Shown here piece by piece: positions 28,590 to 36,953 of a stretch of DNA of 64,000 nucleotides. Below the pieces are notes generated by a model. The model made no database searches. It saw only the letters and a program-made list of their open reading frames with translations, and had not been told where the DNA came from. The stretch is from IMG/VR virus record IMGVR_UViG_3300025684_000016, positions 1-64,000 of that record; one strand, 5' to 3'. The position numbers and the translations under genes were made by a program. Source of the stretch: a virus. Numbering within the stretch: position 1 is the stretch's first letter; every line of letters starts with the position of its first letter.

Positions 28590-30932
28590 TTAAGAGATTT
28601 TTGTGGTGATTGATTCTATAATGGATACGTTCTCTTCTTTCTTAACCATCAACAGGTTATCTGACCAAGTTCGTATTAATGGATTGTGAGAAATTACAAA
28701 AATATTTTCAAAATATTCTTTTATTTTTTTAAAAAACTCACCAACCATCTCCAAATTTTCATCCGCAATCTTACCAAATACCTCGTCCATTACAACAATG
28801 TTTGGTTTTGGAAGTGCAGAAACCTTAGTTAGAACCGCACGTAATGCAAGAGACGCAATTGTTCTTTCATAACCTGAACCTGAGTTTAGTGGTTTAACAA
28901 CTCTTGTATCACTATCAATCATAACAAAGTCCAATTCATTCCTCTCATTAATATTTACCTCCAATTTAAAGTAACAACTATCATCTAACAACATACTTAA
29001 CTCATTATTTAATAAAGGTATCATGTCTCGAAGTATGGTTTTTGAAATACCGTTCTTACCAAAAACAGAAAGATAAGTCTTATATGTTAATTGTACCTGT
29101 TCCTCATTTTTTATTTTGGTGATTAGTTCCTTATTAATTGCAATCTTCTCTTTTAAATTCTTTATTTCATTTCTAAACCTCTCAATTTGAATGTTAGATT
29201 GTTTTATATTAGAATCTGCGGTTTCTATTTGAGTCCTAAGGATGACTAATTCCTTATCAATTTGTATATTTCTCTCGTGTTTTATCTTGTTAGCTTCGTA
29301 ATAATTAATCTTTGTTATCTTAGCGTCTAATTCAAGTTTCTTTTGGTCTATTTCCAATTCATACTTAGCCGAGATAAGTTTATTTTTCTCATACTCGTCA
29401 TATTCTTTTTTAAGTGTTGAAAGTACAACCTCACTTTTAATTGATTCATCAAGAAGTGTTTGTGTTTTCTTTATTGACTCCTCCAATTCAACGATTGATA
29501 ACTTCTTAGTGTCAATCTCTTTAGTATGGTCAACATTCTCTAAGGGTCTCTTACATTCCGAACAGACACTACCGTCAGTTAAGTGTTTAATGTGTGTAGT
29601 GACTTTATTAATTGAAAGACCACCTTCTTTTATCTCATAATTAAGATCCCTAATCTTATCTTTTAAAGTGTCGTGTTTATCCTCATAGTAATATTCCTTA
29701 GGTTCCACAACAACAGTTGTTTTTAAGGTTTCCTCAATCTTTTTTATCTTAACGTTAATGTCACTAATCTCATTAGTTAAAGTCTGCACATTTGTTTTAA
29801 AGAGTGCTTGATCAATATCATTATGTTTTTCACTTAATAGACTTTCTTTTTTTTGAACTAACTCACCCGATTTAACCGTAGTGTCATTCAGTTTTTTCTC
29901 CTCAATAACAATAGTCTTGTCAACATCAATTATAGTATCACTAAAAGTTACATTCTGATTTTCTAATGTAAATGCATTGTGAGTGTTAGAGACCATGGTT
30001 CTTGAATACTCGTTATACATAACCTTACAGACCGATTCTTTTTCTTTTAAAGTGTCAAGACCCATAAACTTAGTAAGTATTGCACCTCTTGCCGTTGGTT
30101 TTGAATCAATTAATTCTTCAAGATTATAACCTGTTGTTAATATCGTAGATAAAAAATCTTCTTGGGTACCAATTGCCTTGGTAATAAATTGTTCAGTTTC
30201 CCTTCTTTGTTCACCAGCTAAATTCTGTATATCTCCATTGGGTAATACTTTAGAGAATTGTAAATCTGTTTTAACGGTATATTCATCACTCCTACCTTTT
30301 TTCCTTGTGATAGTACGTTCGATAATGTAATCATCCCCATCAATTGTTATTAATCCTTTAACCTCAACACTATCCTTATCGGTAAATCTGTTAAAGACCT
30401 CTGCATTTGTTTTGGTCTTTGTTGTAGTATTAAAAAATAGAAATAACAGTAAGTCCACCGTTGATGTTGATTTACCTCCGAAATTTTTAGGTGTTGACTC
30501 AACCACCGTAATTCCTTCTAATCCTGTGAAATCAATAACATTATTATCACCAAAGGAAAGGAAATTGGAGAACTCAACATTCTTTATATACCATCTATTG
30601 TATTTAACACGATTCTCTTCTTTGTTAAAAATCTCTTCATTAATTTTATTATCTAAACGATCAAGATAATCAATATTAGAATTAATGTTATTTTGTATAA
30701 CGAAATCCCTCATTAACGCTTTTTGGTAGTTAGGGTCTGTTATACTATCAGAAACTTCAAGAGATTTTAATTTTGCATTACTATTGTTACTGAGAATTTT
30801 GGTAATAATTTTAACATGACGAGTATTGTACTTGTCTTTAAAATATTCTTTTACCCTTTTAATTCTTTCTGGTGTAAATGCATCGGGTGTGTCTGCCCAC
30901 GTAACCTTAATCTGAGGATTTTTGTATTCCAT
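28590..30932 (-). CDS. sbcC: SbcC/Rad50/gp46-like SMC ATPase with extra N-terminal ~110 aa
   Basis: NFLSFG, Walker A NFGGKST, coiled coils, zinc hook CSEC, signature SGSGYE, Walker B VMDE, VISH. Confidence 0.9.
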   Translation of the reverse strand: MEYKNPQIKVTWADTPDAFTPERIKRVKEYFKDKYNTRHVKIITKILSNNSNAKLKSLEVSDSITDPNYQKALMRDFVIQNNINSNIDYLDRLDNKINEEIFNKEENRVKYNRWYIKNVEFSNFLSFGDNNVIDFTGLEGITVVESTPKNFGGKSTSTVDLLLFLFFNTTTKTKTNAEVFNRFTDKDSVEVKGLITIDGDDYIIERTITRKKGRSDEYTVKTDLQFSKVLPNGDIQNLAGEQRRETEQFITKAIGTQEDFLSTILTTGYNLEELIDSKPTARGAILTKFMGLDTLKEKESVCKVMYNEYSRTMVSNTHNAFTLENQNVTFSDTIIDVDKTIVIEEKKLNDTTVKSGELVQKKESLLSEKHNDIDQALFKTNVQTLTNEISDINVKIKKIEETLKTTVVVEPKEYYYEDKHDTLKDKIRDLNYEIKEGGLSINKVTTHIKHLTDGSVCSECKRPLENVDHTKEIDTKKLSIVELEESIKKTQTLLDESIKSEVVLSTLKKEYDEYEKNKLISAKYELEIDQKKLELDAKITKINYYEANKIKHERNIQIDKELVILRTQIETADSNIKQSNIQIERFRNEIKNLKEKIAINKELITKIKNEEQVQLTYKTYLSVFGKNGISKTILRDMIPLLNNELSMLLDDSCYFKLEVNINERNELDFVMIDSDTRVVKPLNSGSGYERTIASLALRAVLTKVSALPKPNIVVMDEVFGKIADENLEMVGEFFKKIKEYFENIFVISHNPLIRTWSDNLLMVKKEENVSIIESITTKIS

Positions 30933-31446
30933 TTATTCTCTGTTTGGTGTATTTTCCGTTTCTTAAATCGTAAGTTTCGACATGTTCCTTCCTAAAGGAT
31001 AACCATTCTTCAACTTCGTTACTATTTCTTGGTTTAAACTTTGATCTAACCAATTTGTCTGAGTCCCTAATAGTATTAGGTCGTATAACAATAAACTGTG
31101 TAAAGTCAACATTGGACCTTACAAAAATATTCTTCTCACTACTCTTATTTTCTCTTAACTTATTGTACGAATAGTATTGGTCTAACCAATATTTTTCCTT
31201 TCTACTTGGTATGTTAGCGGTTTGAAAACTTTGTTCTGAGATCAATGAGTAGTTTTGGTTATCCCAAAAATTACCGACCCATTTACCGTGTTCAACCTCA
31301 ACACCCAATCTTGAATCTTTAACCCCAACTAAATCAATTCTATTATGTACGTCATTATGCTTTAGATTAACCTTAAATTTAATTTTAAAGAATTCTATTA
31401 CTGCATTTCTTATTAAGGTATCATTAAACTTACCGGGTATAAACAT
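30907..31446 (-). CDS. Putative PD-(D/E)XK-type nuclease-like protein
   Basis: RIDLV..GVEVEH spacing resembles a restriction-like fold; overlaps the sbcC start by 26 nt. Confidence 0.4.
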   Translation of the reverse strand: MFIPGKFNDTLIRNAVIEFFKIKFKVNLKHNDVHNRIDLVGVKDSRLGVEVEHGKWVGNFWDNQNYSLISEQSFQTANIPSRKEKYWLDQYYSYNKLRENKSSEKNIFVRSNVDFTQFIVIRPNTIRDSDKLVRSKFKPRNSNEVEEWLSFRKEHVETYDLRNGKYTKQRINGIQKSSD

Positions 31447-31452
31447 TCATCA

Positions 31453-31764
31453 TCATTTTATTCTACTCTCTTCGAAGAATTCAATGACAGAGTTAAGTGC
31501 CCACACTGCACCAGCAGTGAAGAGACCGTCGAAAAAGATACCGAAGTATCCAACATTAAATAAATCCTTAGTTATTCCACCCAATGTAATAGATAGGAAG
31601 AACCCTACCCACGTTGCAGTACAAAGGGGACAGTTAATAAGTTCTCCAAAAAATTTAGAGTGTTTTGTAATCCACGTACGTAGTCCCTCAAAGATTGACC
31701 CGTATACAATTATGGTCGTCATTCCATACGCCATAAAAGTCCAAAATATTAATAATCCGATCAT
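31453..31764 (-). CDS. DUF1360-like membrane protein
   Basis: SIFEGLR..GELINCPLCTATWVG plus TM helices; TTGATT-N17-TATATT at 31770-31798. Confidence 0.7.
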   Translation of the reverse strand: MIGLLIFWTFMAYGMTTIIVYGSIFEGLRTWITKHSKFFGELINCPLCTATWVGFFLSITLGGITKDLFNVGYFGIFFDGLFTAGAVWALNSVIEFFEESRIK

Positions 31765-31801
31765 AGTAAAATATACAGATTATTAATTTAGTAATCAACC
31801 C

Positions 31802-32341
31802 CTATTCATCATATAAAGACCCCAAATTGGAACTCTTCATATACTTTGCTCGGTTGAAACCTGAAAGTGATGTTGTTATTTTATCGAGATCCTCGATAAG
31901 TTTCGCGTTTTCTACCTTTAACTTTTCAATCTCTTGATCGTCGGTTATGTAAATTGGTTTTTCTACAATGACTTCTTTTATCACTTCTTTAGTGACAACT
32001 TCCGTATCGGATTTGACAGGTACTTCTTTTATCACCTCAACAATCTTCTCAACGATCACCTCTTTGGTGATTGTCTTTGGTTTTTTACTAAGTTCTGTCT
32101 CTAATTTATCCACTTTTTGGGACAACTCCTCGATTTTTTTGGTGTCTTCAACCTCAACGACCTTCTCCACTTCTTTAATAACGTCTTTACCACGTGCAAT
32201 TGAAGGTGTCTCACCAAATTTTAATATAGTGTAACCTCTTTCAAACACATCGTGTGCCAATTCTTCAATTTTATCAATATTATTTAACTCACAATACTGA
32301 ATAAATTCTTTACTTAAAGTTAAGGAGTATTTCTTTTTCAT
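31802..32341 (-). CDS. Hypothetical protein with EVIKEV repeats and coiled coil
   Basis: Likely ATG at 32341 (track start 32362); FIQYCELNNI; V/E/K repeats. Confidence 0.65.
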   Translation of the reverse strand: MKKKYSLTLSKEFIQYCELNNIDKIEELAHDVFERGYTILKFGETPSIARGKDVIKEVEKVVEVEDTKKIEELSQKVDKLETELSKKPKTITKEVIVEKIVEVIKEVPVKSDTEVVTKEVIKEVIVEKPIYITDDQEIEKLKVENAKLIEDLDKITTSLSGFNRAKYMKSSNLGSLYDE

Positions 32342-33113
32342 CGTCAATGTCTTTAATATCACTTATTGAGAAATGAAGGAAAGGTTCTTCATTATCTATG
32401 TCATGAAATGTGTATTTATCGGTTGGTACATCATAAATTCCATATCCATGGTGTTGTACCGTTTCTCCAAAGTTTTGTTGGATCATCGACCCCACCATAA
32501 TTGCTTGACCACCTTCAGGTAATTCAAAAACTTGTCTCTTATGAATGTCACCACACAACAATAGGTCTAAACCTGTGAAACTTAGAGGTGAAAACGAATC
32601 TTCAAACTCATAACCAGTGTCCGTTGATAATCCCATTATTGGACTGTGGAATAATCCAACATATAAACCTTCCCCCTTTTCAAACTCAGGTCTTTGGTTA
32701 TGTTGATACAAGGAATAAACAACCCAATTGATGTTATCGTCTTCATACACACCACTATCCTTGTAAAACCGTATGTTATCGTTGTTTAATAATTCAATGA
32801 TTGGTGTTATACTGTCAATCCTTTCATGGTTATTCTCTAAGAAATCGTGATTACCTGGTATTATAACTACAGGTGATATTTGTTCTGCAATATCATTTAA
32901 GAACTTTGCAGTTATGATTAATTGTTCATTTGAGATATTAATCTTTTCATGTACTAAATCACCCGCAATAACAACACGGACTTCTTCATAACTATATCCA
33001 TCCATTTGACCCTTAACCTCTGTTAGGAATTTTTGAAATTGTTTTTCGTAGTTCTCATGGTATAGTTGTCTACGAATGTGGATGTCGGCGGTGTGTATAA
33101 TCTTCTTAATCAT
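32310..33113 (-). CDS. sbcD: SbcD/Mre11/gp47-like metallophosphoesterase
   Basis: HTADIH, AGDLVH, PGNHD, GLFH, GDIHKRQ, GSMIQQNFGE motifs. Confidence 0.9.
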   Translation of the reverse strand: MIKKIIHTADIHIRRQLYHENYEKQFQKFLTEVKGQMDGYSYEEVRVVIAGDLVHEKINISNEQLIITAKFLNDIAEQISPVVIIPGNHDFLENNHERIDSITPIIELLNNDNIRFYKDSGVYEDDNINWVVYSLYQHNQRPEFEKGEGLYVGLFHSPIMGLSTDTGYEFEDSFSPLSFTGLDLLLCGDIHKRQVFELPEGGQAIMVGSMIQQNFGETVQHHGYGIYDVPTDKYTFHDIDNEEPFLHFSISDIKDIDDEKEILLNFK

Positions 33114-33540
33114 CTAATTTCATTTTTTTACGATATTCATCGTGTATTAATTTTTTAAACTTAGTTGTACTCCAACCATGTTCCCTTCCAATATAATGTA
33201 TTGGTACCTCTAATTCAGAACCCGTAAAGTCAGTCCTATTTTTATAATCATCACCCAAAAACCTAACATCGGGGTTAAGATTTTTAATTAACTCTAAAAG
33301 ATCTTTCTCAAACGTATATATATGTACATCACTTACGTATCTAACAGAAAGTAATGTTTTCATTCTTTCCTCCACACTGAGTATTGGTTTTATTTTTTCT
33401 TTAGGTCTTTCAATTGATGGGTCTGTATGTAATAAAACCACAAACCGTTTACACATCTCACTACACTCCCTAAACATATGGATATAACCCGGATGGATTA
33501 CATCAAAATTACCAGCTATTATTCCTACTTCATATTTCAT
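33106..33540 (-). CDS. Cytidylyltransferase-like (TagD/HxGH superfamily), copy 1
   Basis: GNFDVIHPGY, KPILSVEER, LGDDY, REHGWSTTK. Confidence 0.85.
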   Translation of the reverse strand: MKYEVGIIAGNFDVIHPGYIHMFRECSEMCKRFVVLLHTDPSIERPKEKIKPILSVEERMKTLLSVRYVSDVHIYTFEKDLLELIKNLNPDVRFLGDDYKNRTDFTGSELEVPIHYIGREHGWSTTKFKKLIHDEYRKKMKLDD

Positions 33541-33837
33541 CTACAGTAAATTAATAAGTAATGGTGCAACTTTATAACCAACATATGCCCCGATTGCTGT
33601 TGGTACGGGAAACACAATAAATTTACCTAAATCCGTAACATACTTCGGTCGACTCACTATCTTACCTAAAAAAAAGTAATATATTAAATACGATAAAAGG
33701 ACGGCGATGTCTATTTTAATTGTTACTGAAACGATAACAACCGCACCCAATAAACCATATATGAAATTATAAAGGACACCATCTACCCATATTTCCTTTT
33801 TATCATTTTCACGATATTCATTAACTAACTTCTTCAT
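33541..33837 (-). CDS. Small multi-TM membrane protein
   Basis: Three hydrophobic segments; sits between the two cytidylyltransferases. Confidence 0.7.
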   Translation of the reverse strand: MKKLVNEYRENDKKEIWVDGVLYNFIYGLLGAVVIVSVTIKIDIAVLLSYLIYYFFLGKIVSRPKYVTDLGKFIVFPVPTAIGAYVGYKVAPLLINLL

Positions 33838-34294
33838 TGTTGTTTAAAATATTTGGGTTTTGTTTAATTGTTTGTTTTGTGATTAGATCTTTTATTTTTG
33901 TCGTTGACCAATCGTGAGATCGAGTAGTGTAAATCACTTTTATCGGTAAATAGTCACCCGTAAATGGTTTTCCAAGATAATCTTCACCTAAAATCCTAAC
34001 ACTTGGTTTTATAATTGAAATCAATTCTAATAACTCTTCCTCAGTCTGATATACAAATACCTCATCAATGTACCTTATTGACATTAAAGTCTTATACCTC
34101 TCATATAATGGTACCACAGGTTTGTATTTACTCTTTCTGTGAAGTGAGGGGTCCCTCTGTAAAAAAACCACGAACCAATCACAATGTTGTTTTGCTGTTT
34201 CAAATGTATATATGTAACCAGGATGTAGTAAGTCAAAATTACCAGCGGTAAAACCAACTACTTTTTTTTCGGGTTGAAATGACACAATTTCCAC
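33821..34294 (-). CDS. Cytidylyltransferase-like (TagD/HxGH superfamily), copy 2
   Basis: GNFDLLHPGY, KPVVPLYER, LGEDY, RSHDWSTTK. Confidence 0.85.
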   Translation of the reverse strand: MEIVSFQPEKKVVGFTAGNFDLLHPGYIYTFETAKQHCDWFVVFLQRDPSLHRKSKYKPVVPLYERYKTLMSIRYIDEVFVYQTEEELLELISIIKPSVRILGEDYLGKPFTGDYLPIKVIYTTRSHDWSTTKIKDLITKQTIKQNPNILNNNEEVS

Positions 34295-35148
34295 TATTTT
34301 AAGACTTTTTCCATATCTAATAGGTAAATCTTTTGAATCACATCCATCGGTACTTTATACTCTTCGAACTCACCATCTTCCTTCACAAGTACTACAATGG
34401 AACCTAATAGTTTTTTATTTTCAAACTCAGTACCCTCTAACATTTTATTTAATAACCTACCATAAAAGGGTAGTTGTAGATAATAATGTCCAAGTGCTGT
34501 ACTATCAATGTTATTGAAGGGTGGATACATTTTCTTAGTGTATCTTTGTTTTTTAAAGTTAATTGGTTTGTTTGTTTTCCAATCCGTAATTAAAATACCG
34601 TAGTCCGTACCTTGTTTGTTTTCAACCAACCATACTTTATCGGGTTGACCCACATAACCTAAGTCAGGATCACCTAAAACAATTTCAGTATCAAGTAATA
34701 CCGCGTTTCTCTCATGCATTAGATCGAGGAACTTATGACCCGCAGTAATCATGTTATTACTTCTTTCGATCTGTTCATCGTCACAGACGTAGATCGGTTC
34801 TCTTACTTTTTTATAATCACCATACTGTTCAATTAACTCTTTTTCTAAGATATAATGAACCCTACTTCCTTGATTGGTTGCATAAGTACCTTTATCCGCC
34901 CACTCCTGCAGTAATTCTTTTTGTTTTGTTCGGTCACCTTTTGACATCCTTAACGATATCGCATCTGACTGAAATTCCTCGTAAAATTTCTTTATAATTT
35001 TTGAGACTGATGGGTAGTTTGACCTAATCATACCATGTTTGTCTCTCATATAATAAATGTGGTCCTCTTCAATAAAAGAAAGATCTATATCTTTTCTTCT
35101 TCTATTTAATATTTTCCTAATCTTCTCCGCTTCTATTTTTAAATCCAT
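34294..35148 (-). CDS. PD-(D/E)XK exonuclease (Cas4/RecB-like)
   Basis: YPSVSKII, GSRVH, E..GQPD..ITDWKT, HYYLQLPFY. Confidence 0.85.
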   Translation of the reverse strand: MDLKIEAEKIRKILNRRRKDIDLSFIEEDHIYYMRDKHGMIRSNYPSVSKIIKKFYEEFQSDAISLRMSKGDRTKQKELLQEWADKGTYATNQGSRVHYILEKELIEQYGDYKKVREPIYVCDDEQIERSNNMITAGHKFLDLMHERNAVLLDTEIVLGDPDLGYVGQPDKVWLVENKQGTDYGILITDWKTNKPINFKKQRYTKKMYPPFNNIDSTALGHYYLQLPFYGRLLNKMLEGTEFENKKLLGSIVVLVKEDGEFEEYKVPMDVIQKIYLLDMEKVLK

Positions 35149-36083
35149 TAATCTAATTGTATTTCTTTAAACTCTGATAGATCTCCTTGCATATCCGCAA
35201 TATCCCTATCCATTGGTAACTTCATTACCCATATTTTTCCTAATAATTTTCCTGCATTCATTCTGTGGTATAACTTTTCGGTATCATTCCAAGCATCACC
35301 ATCTAAAACAATAACAACTTTCTTTGCCTTTCCGTAAAGAGTCATAAAAAGATGTTCGGTGATGAACTTACCTAACATTGGTATTGAATTATCTAAAAAT
35401 AGACTATCAAATACACCCTCAACTAAGTACACGGGTTTGGTCCAATCCACCATATGTTCATTCCAAATAAGACTATCCTTATCCGCTTGTGGGTTCTTAT
35501 ACTTCATTCGTGTCCAACTAAGGAACGATCGTGCAACAAAGAAATTTACATATCCTTTATTATCATACGATGGAATTATTATCCTATTTTCATATGGTCC
35601 ACTATCACAATACCCCATTCGATGTTTTATGATCATGTCCTTTGTGATGTTTCTTGACTTTAGATAATTGAATGCCTCCCTGAATTTATGTGTCATTTGT
35701 CGACCTTCGGACGATTTACTAAACTCAACAAACTCATATGGTAGTCGAACAATTGTGTCTCTTTTATCCACAACCATGACCAAATCTTCGGGAGTATAAA
35801 GTGTGAATTGTTTATACTGTCTCGGTGATGCGTACTTTCTAACCAACTTATTTAAATGACCTTTTGTGTTTTCAGTCTCCGCACATGACCAACATTTGTA
35901 CACATAATTCATATAATTAATCTCCAAATTACCTTTACCATCACCATCGTCTAACCCCTTCATGTCTGAACATACGGGACAGTCAAAAGAAATCTGACCC
36001 CTATAATCGTTGTGATTATGAGGTTCACCGAAAATATCCTGTAGGACATCAACAACTAATGAAAAATCTGCATCTTTGGTCAT
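35148..36083 (-). CDS. DNA primase (Zn finger + TOPRIM)
   Basis: CPVC, CWSC, YLKSRNI, RIIIPSYD, LVEGVFD, LDGD; start reassigned to ATG 36083 because the track's extension crosses a terminator. Confidence 0.9.
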   Translation of the reverse strand: MTKDADFSLVVDVLQDIFGEPHNHNDYRGQISFDCPVCSDMKGLDDGDGKGNLEINYMNYVYKCWSCAETENTKGHLNKLVRKYASPRQYKQFTLYTPEDLVMVVDKRDTIVRLPYEFVEFSKSSEGRQMTHKFREAFNYLKSRNITKDMIIKHRMGYCDSGPYENRIIIPSYDNKGYVNFFVARSFLSWTRMKYKNPQADKDSLIWNEHMVDWTKPVYLVEGVFDSLFLDNSIPMLGKFITEHLFMTLYGKAKKVVIVLDGDAWNDTEKLYHRMNAGKLLGKIWVMKLPMDRDIADMQGDLSEFKEIQLD

Positions 36084-36112
36084 TATACAATAATATACGA
36101 AAAAAAAATGAC

Positions 36113-36148
36113 AAAAAAAAGTCCCCAGGAACACCACTCCCCGGGGAC
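36113..36148 (-). terminator. Strong intrinsic terminator
   Basis: Minus strand GTCCCCGGGGA-GTGGTG-TTCCTGGGGAC then T8. Confidence 0.85.
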
Positions 36149-36240
36149 AACCAACTAACGTATTAAAATTAACAGAATCCAATGAATATATTTCATTTCA
36201 TTTTCCTCATTAACGTTAACTTCATACGTCCCGTCCTAAT
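36113..36240 (-). ncRNA. Putative ~125-nt small RNA or micro-peptide transcript
   Basis: Bounded by TTTACT-N17-TATATT (36245-36273) and the terminator; contains only 10-aa and 13-aa ORFs. Confidence 0.35.
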
Positions 36241-36280
36241 ATTAAATATAACGAATCATTTCCGTAAAGTAAAGACCCCT

Positions 36281-36889
36281 CTATGTATTTTCTGATTTTA
36301 TTTTATTAATATAACCGATTACTGCAGTTGCCGCATCACTCATATCATAACATTCTTTTTTTATTCTACCTGTTCGAGGTGAAATACCCCATTCAACTTC
36401 AGGAAAAAGATCATTAACGTGTTCCCACACTACATGTTTCTTATCAATATCTTTAGGATATCCACCAAACAACACATTCCTACCCTTAACGTTCTTACCA
36501 ACAAGATCAGGAAACGCAAATTTTCTTGCGTTATATGTTGAAATGAAATTTGGTACAACACCTAATATATCAAAACATGATTTTAAAACCATACTATTAT
36601 ATCTCAATAAGGTACCAACAGTGTAAACATTATTAGAATTTAACAATGGTTCTTCAATTATAATCTTAGTAATTCCCATGTTCTTGTATTTCTCAAGTTG
36701 TTCCGCAAACCCTTCCGATTTCTTCAGTAACTCCTCAATCTTATCTTCAGGTTGTGGTTTAATCTTAGGTGTAAAGTGTGTTAGTTCCAACAAATGGGAA
36801 CCTGTGATATCAAATAATGCCCAACCAATTGTCTTAGTTGAAACATCCAAACCCAAAATCTTAGGTTTATTTTTAAATTTACTATTCAT
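36281..36889 (-). CDS. ruvC: RuvC-like Holliday junction resolvase
   Basis: ILGLDVSTKTIGWA, IIIEE, ARK, DMSDA; TTTACT-N17-TATAAT at 36910-36938. Confidence 0.85.
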   Translation of the reverse strand: MNSKFKNKPKILGLDVSTKTIGWALFDITGSHLLELTHFTPKIKPQPEDKIEELLKKSEGFAEQLEKYKNMGITKIIIEEPLLNSNNVYTVGTLLRYNSMVLKSCFDILGVVPNFISTYNARKFAFPDLVGKNVKGRNVLFGGYPKDIDKKHVVWEHVNDLFPEVEWGISPRTGRIKKECYDMSDAATAVIGYINKIKSENT

Positions 36890-36953
36890 ATAATATTATA
36901 TATGTAATAATTATACATAATTAACATTCAATAGTAAACACTAATTAAATTCT

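Noticed and set aside
34294-35148. Cas4-like nuclease as evidence of a CRISPR system
   Set aside because: Stand-alone PD-(D/E)XK nucleases are common in phage replication modules; no array or other cas genes here
36084-36182. 33-aa N-terminal extension of primase in the ORF track
   Set aside because: It runs through a strong terminator and poly-T tracts; ATG 36083 gives a normal primase start
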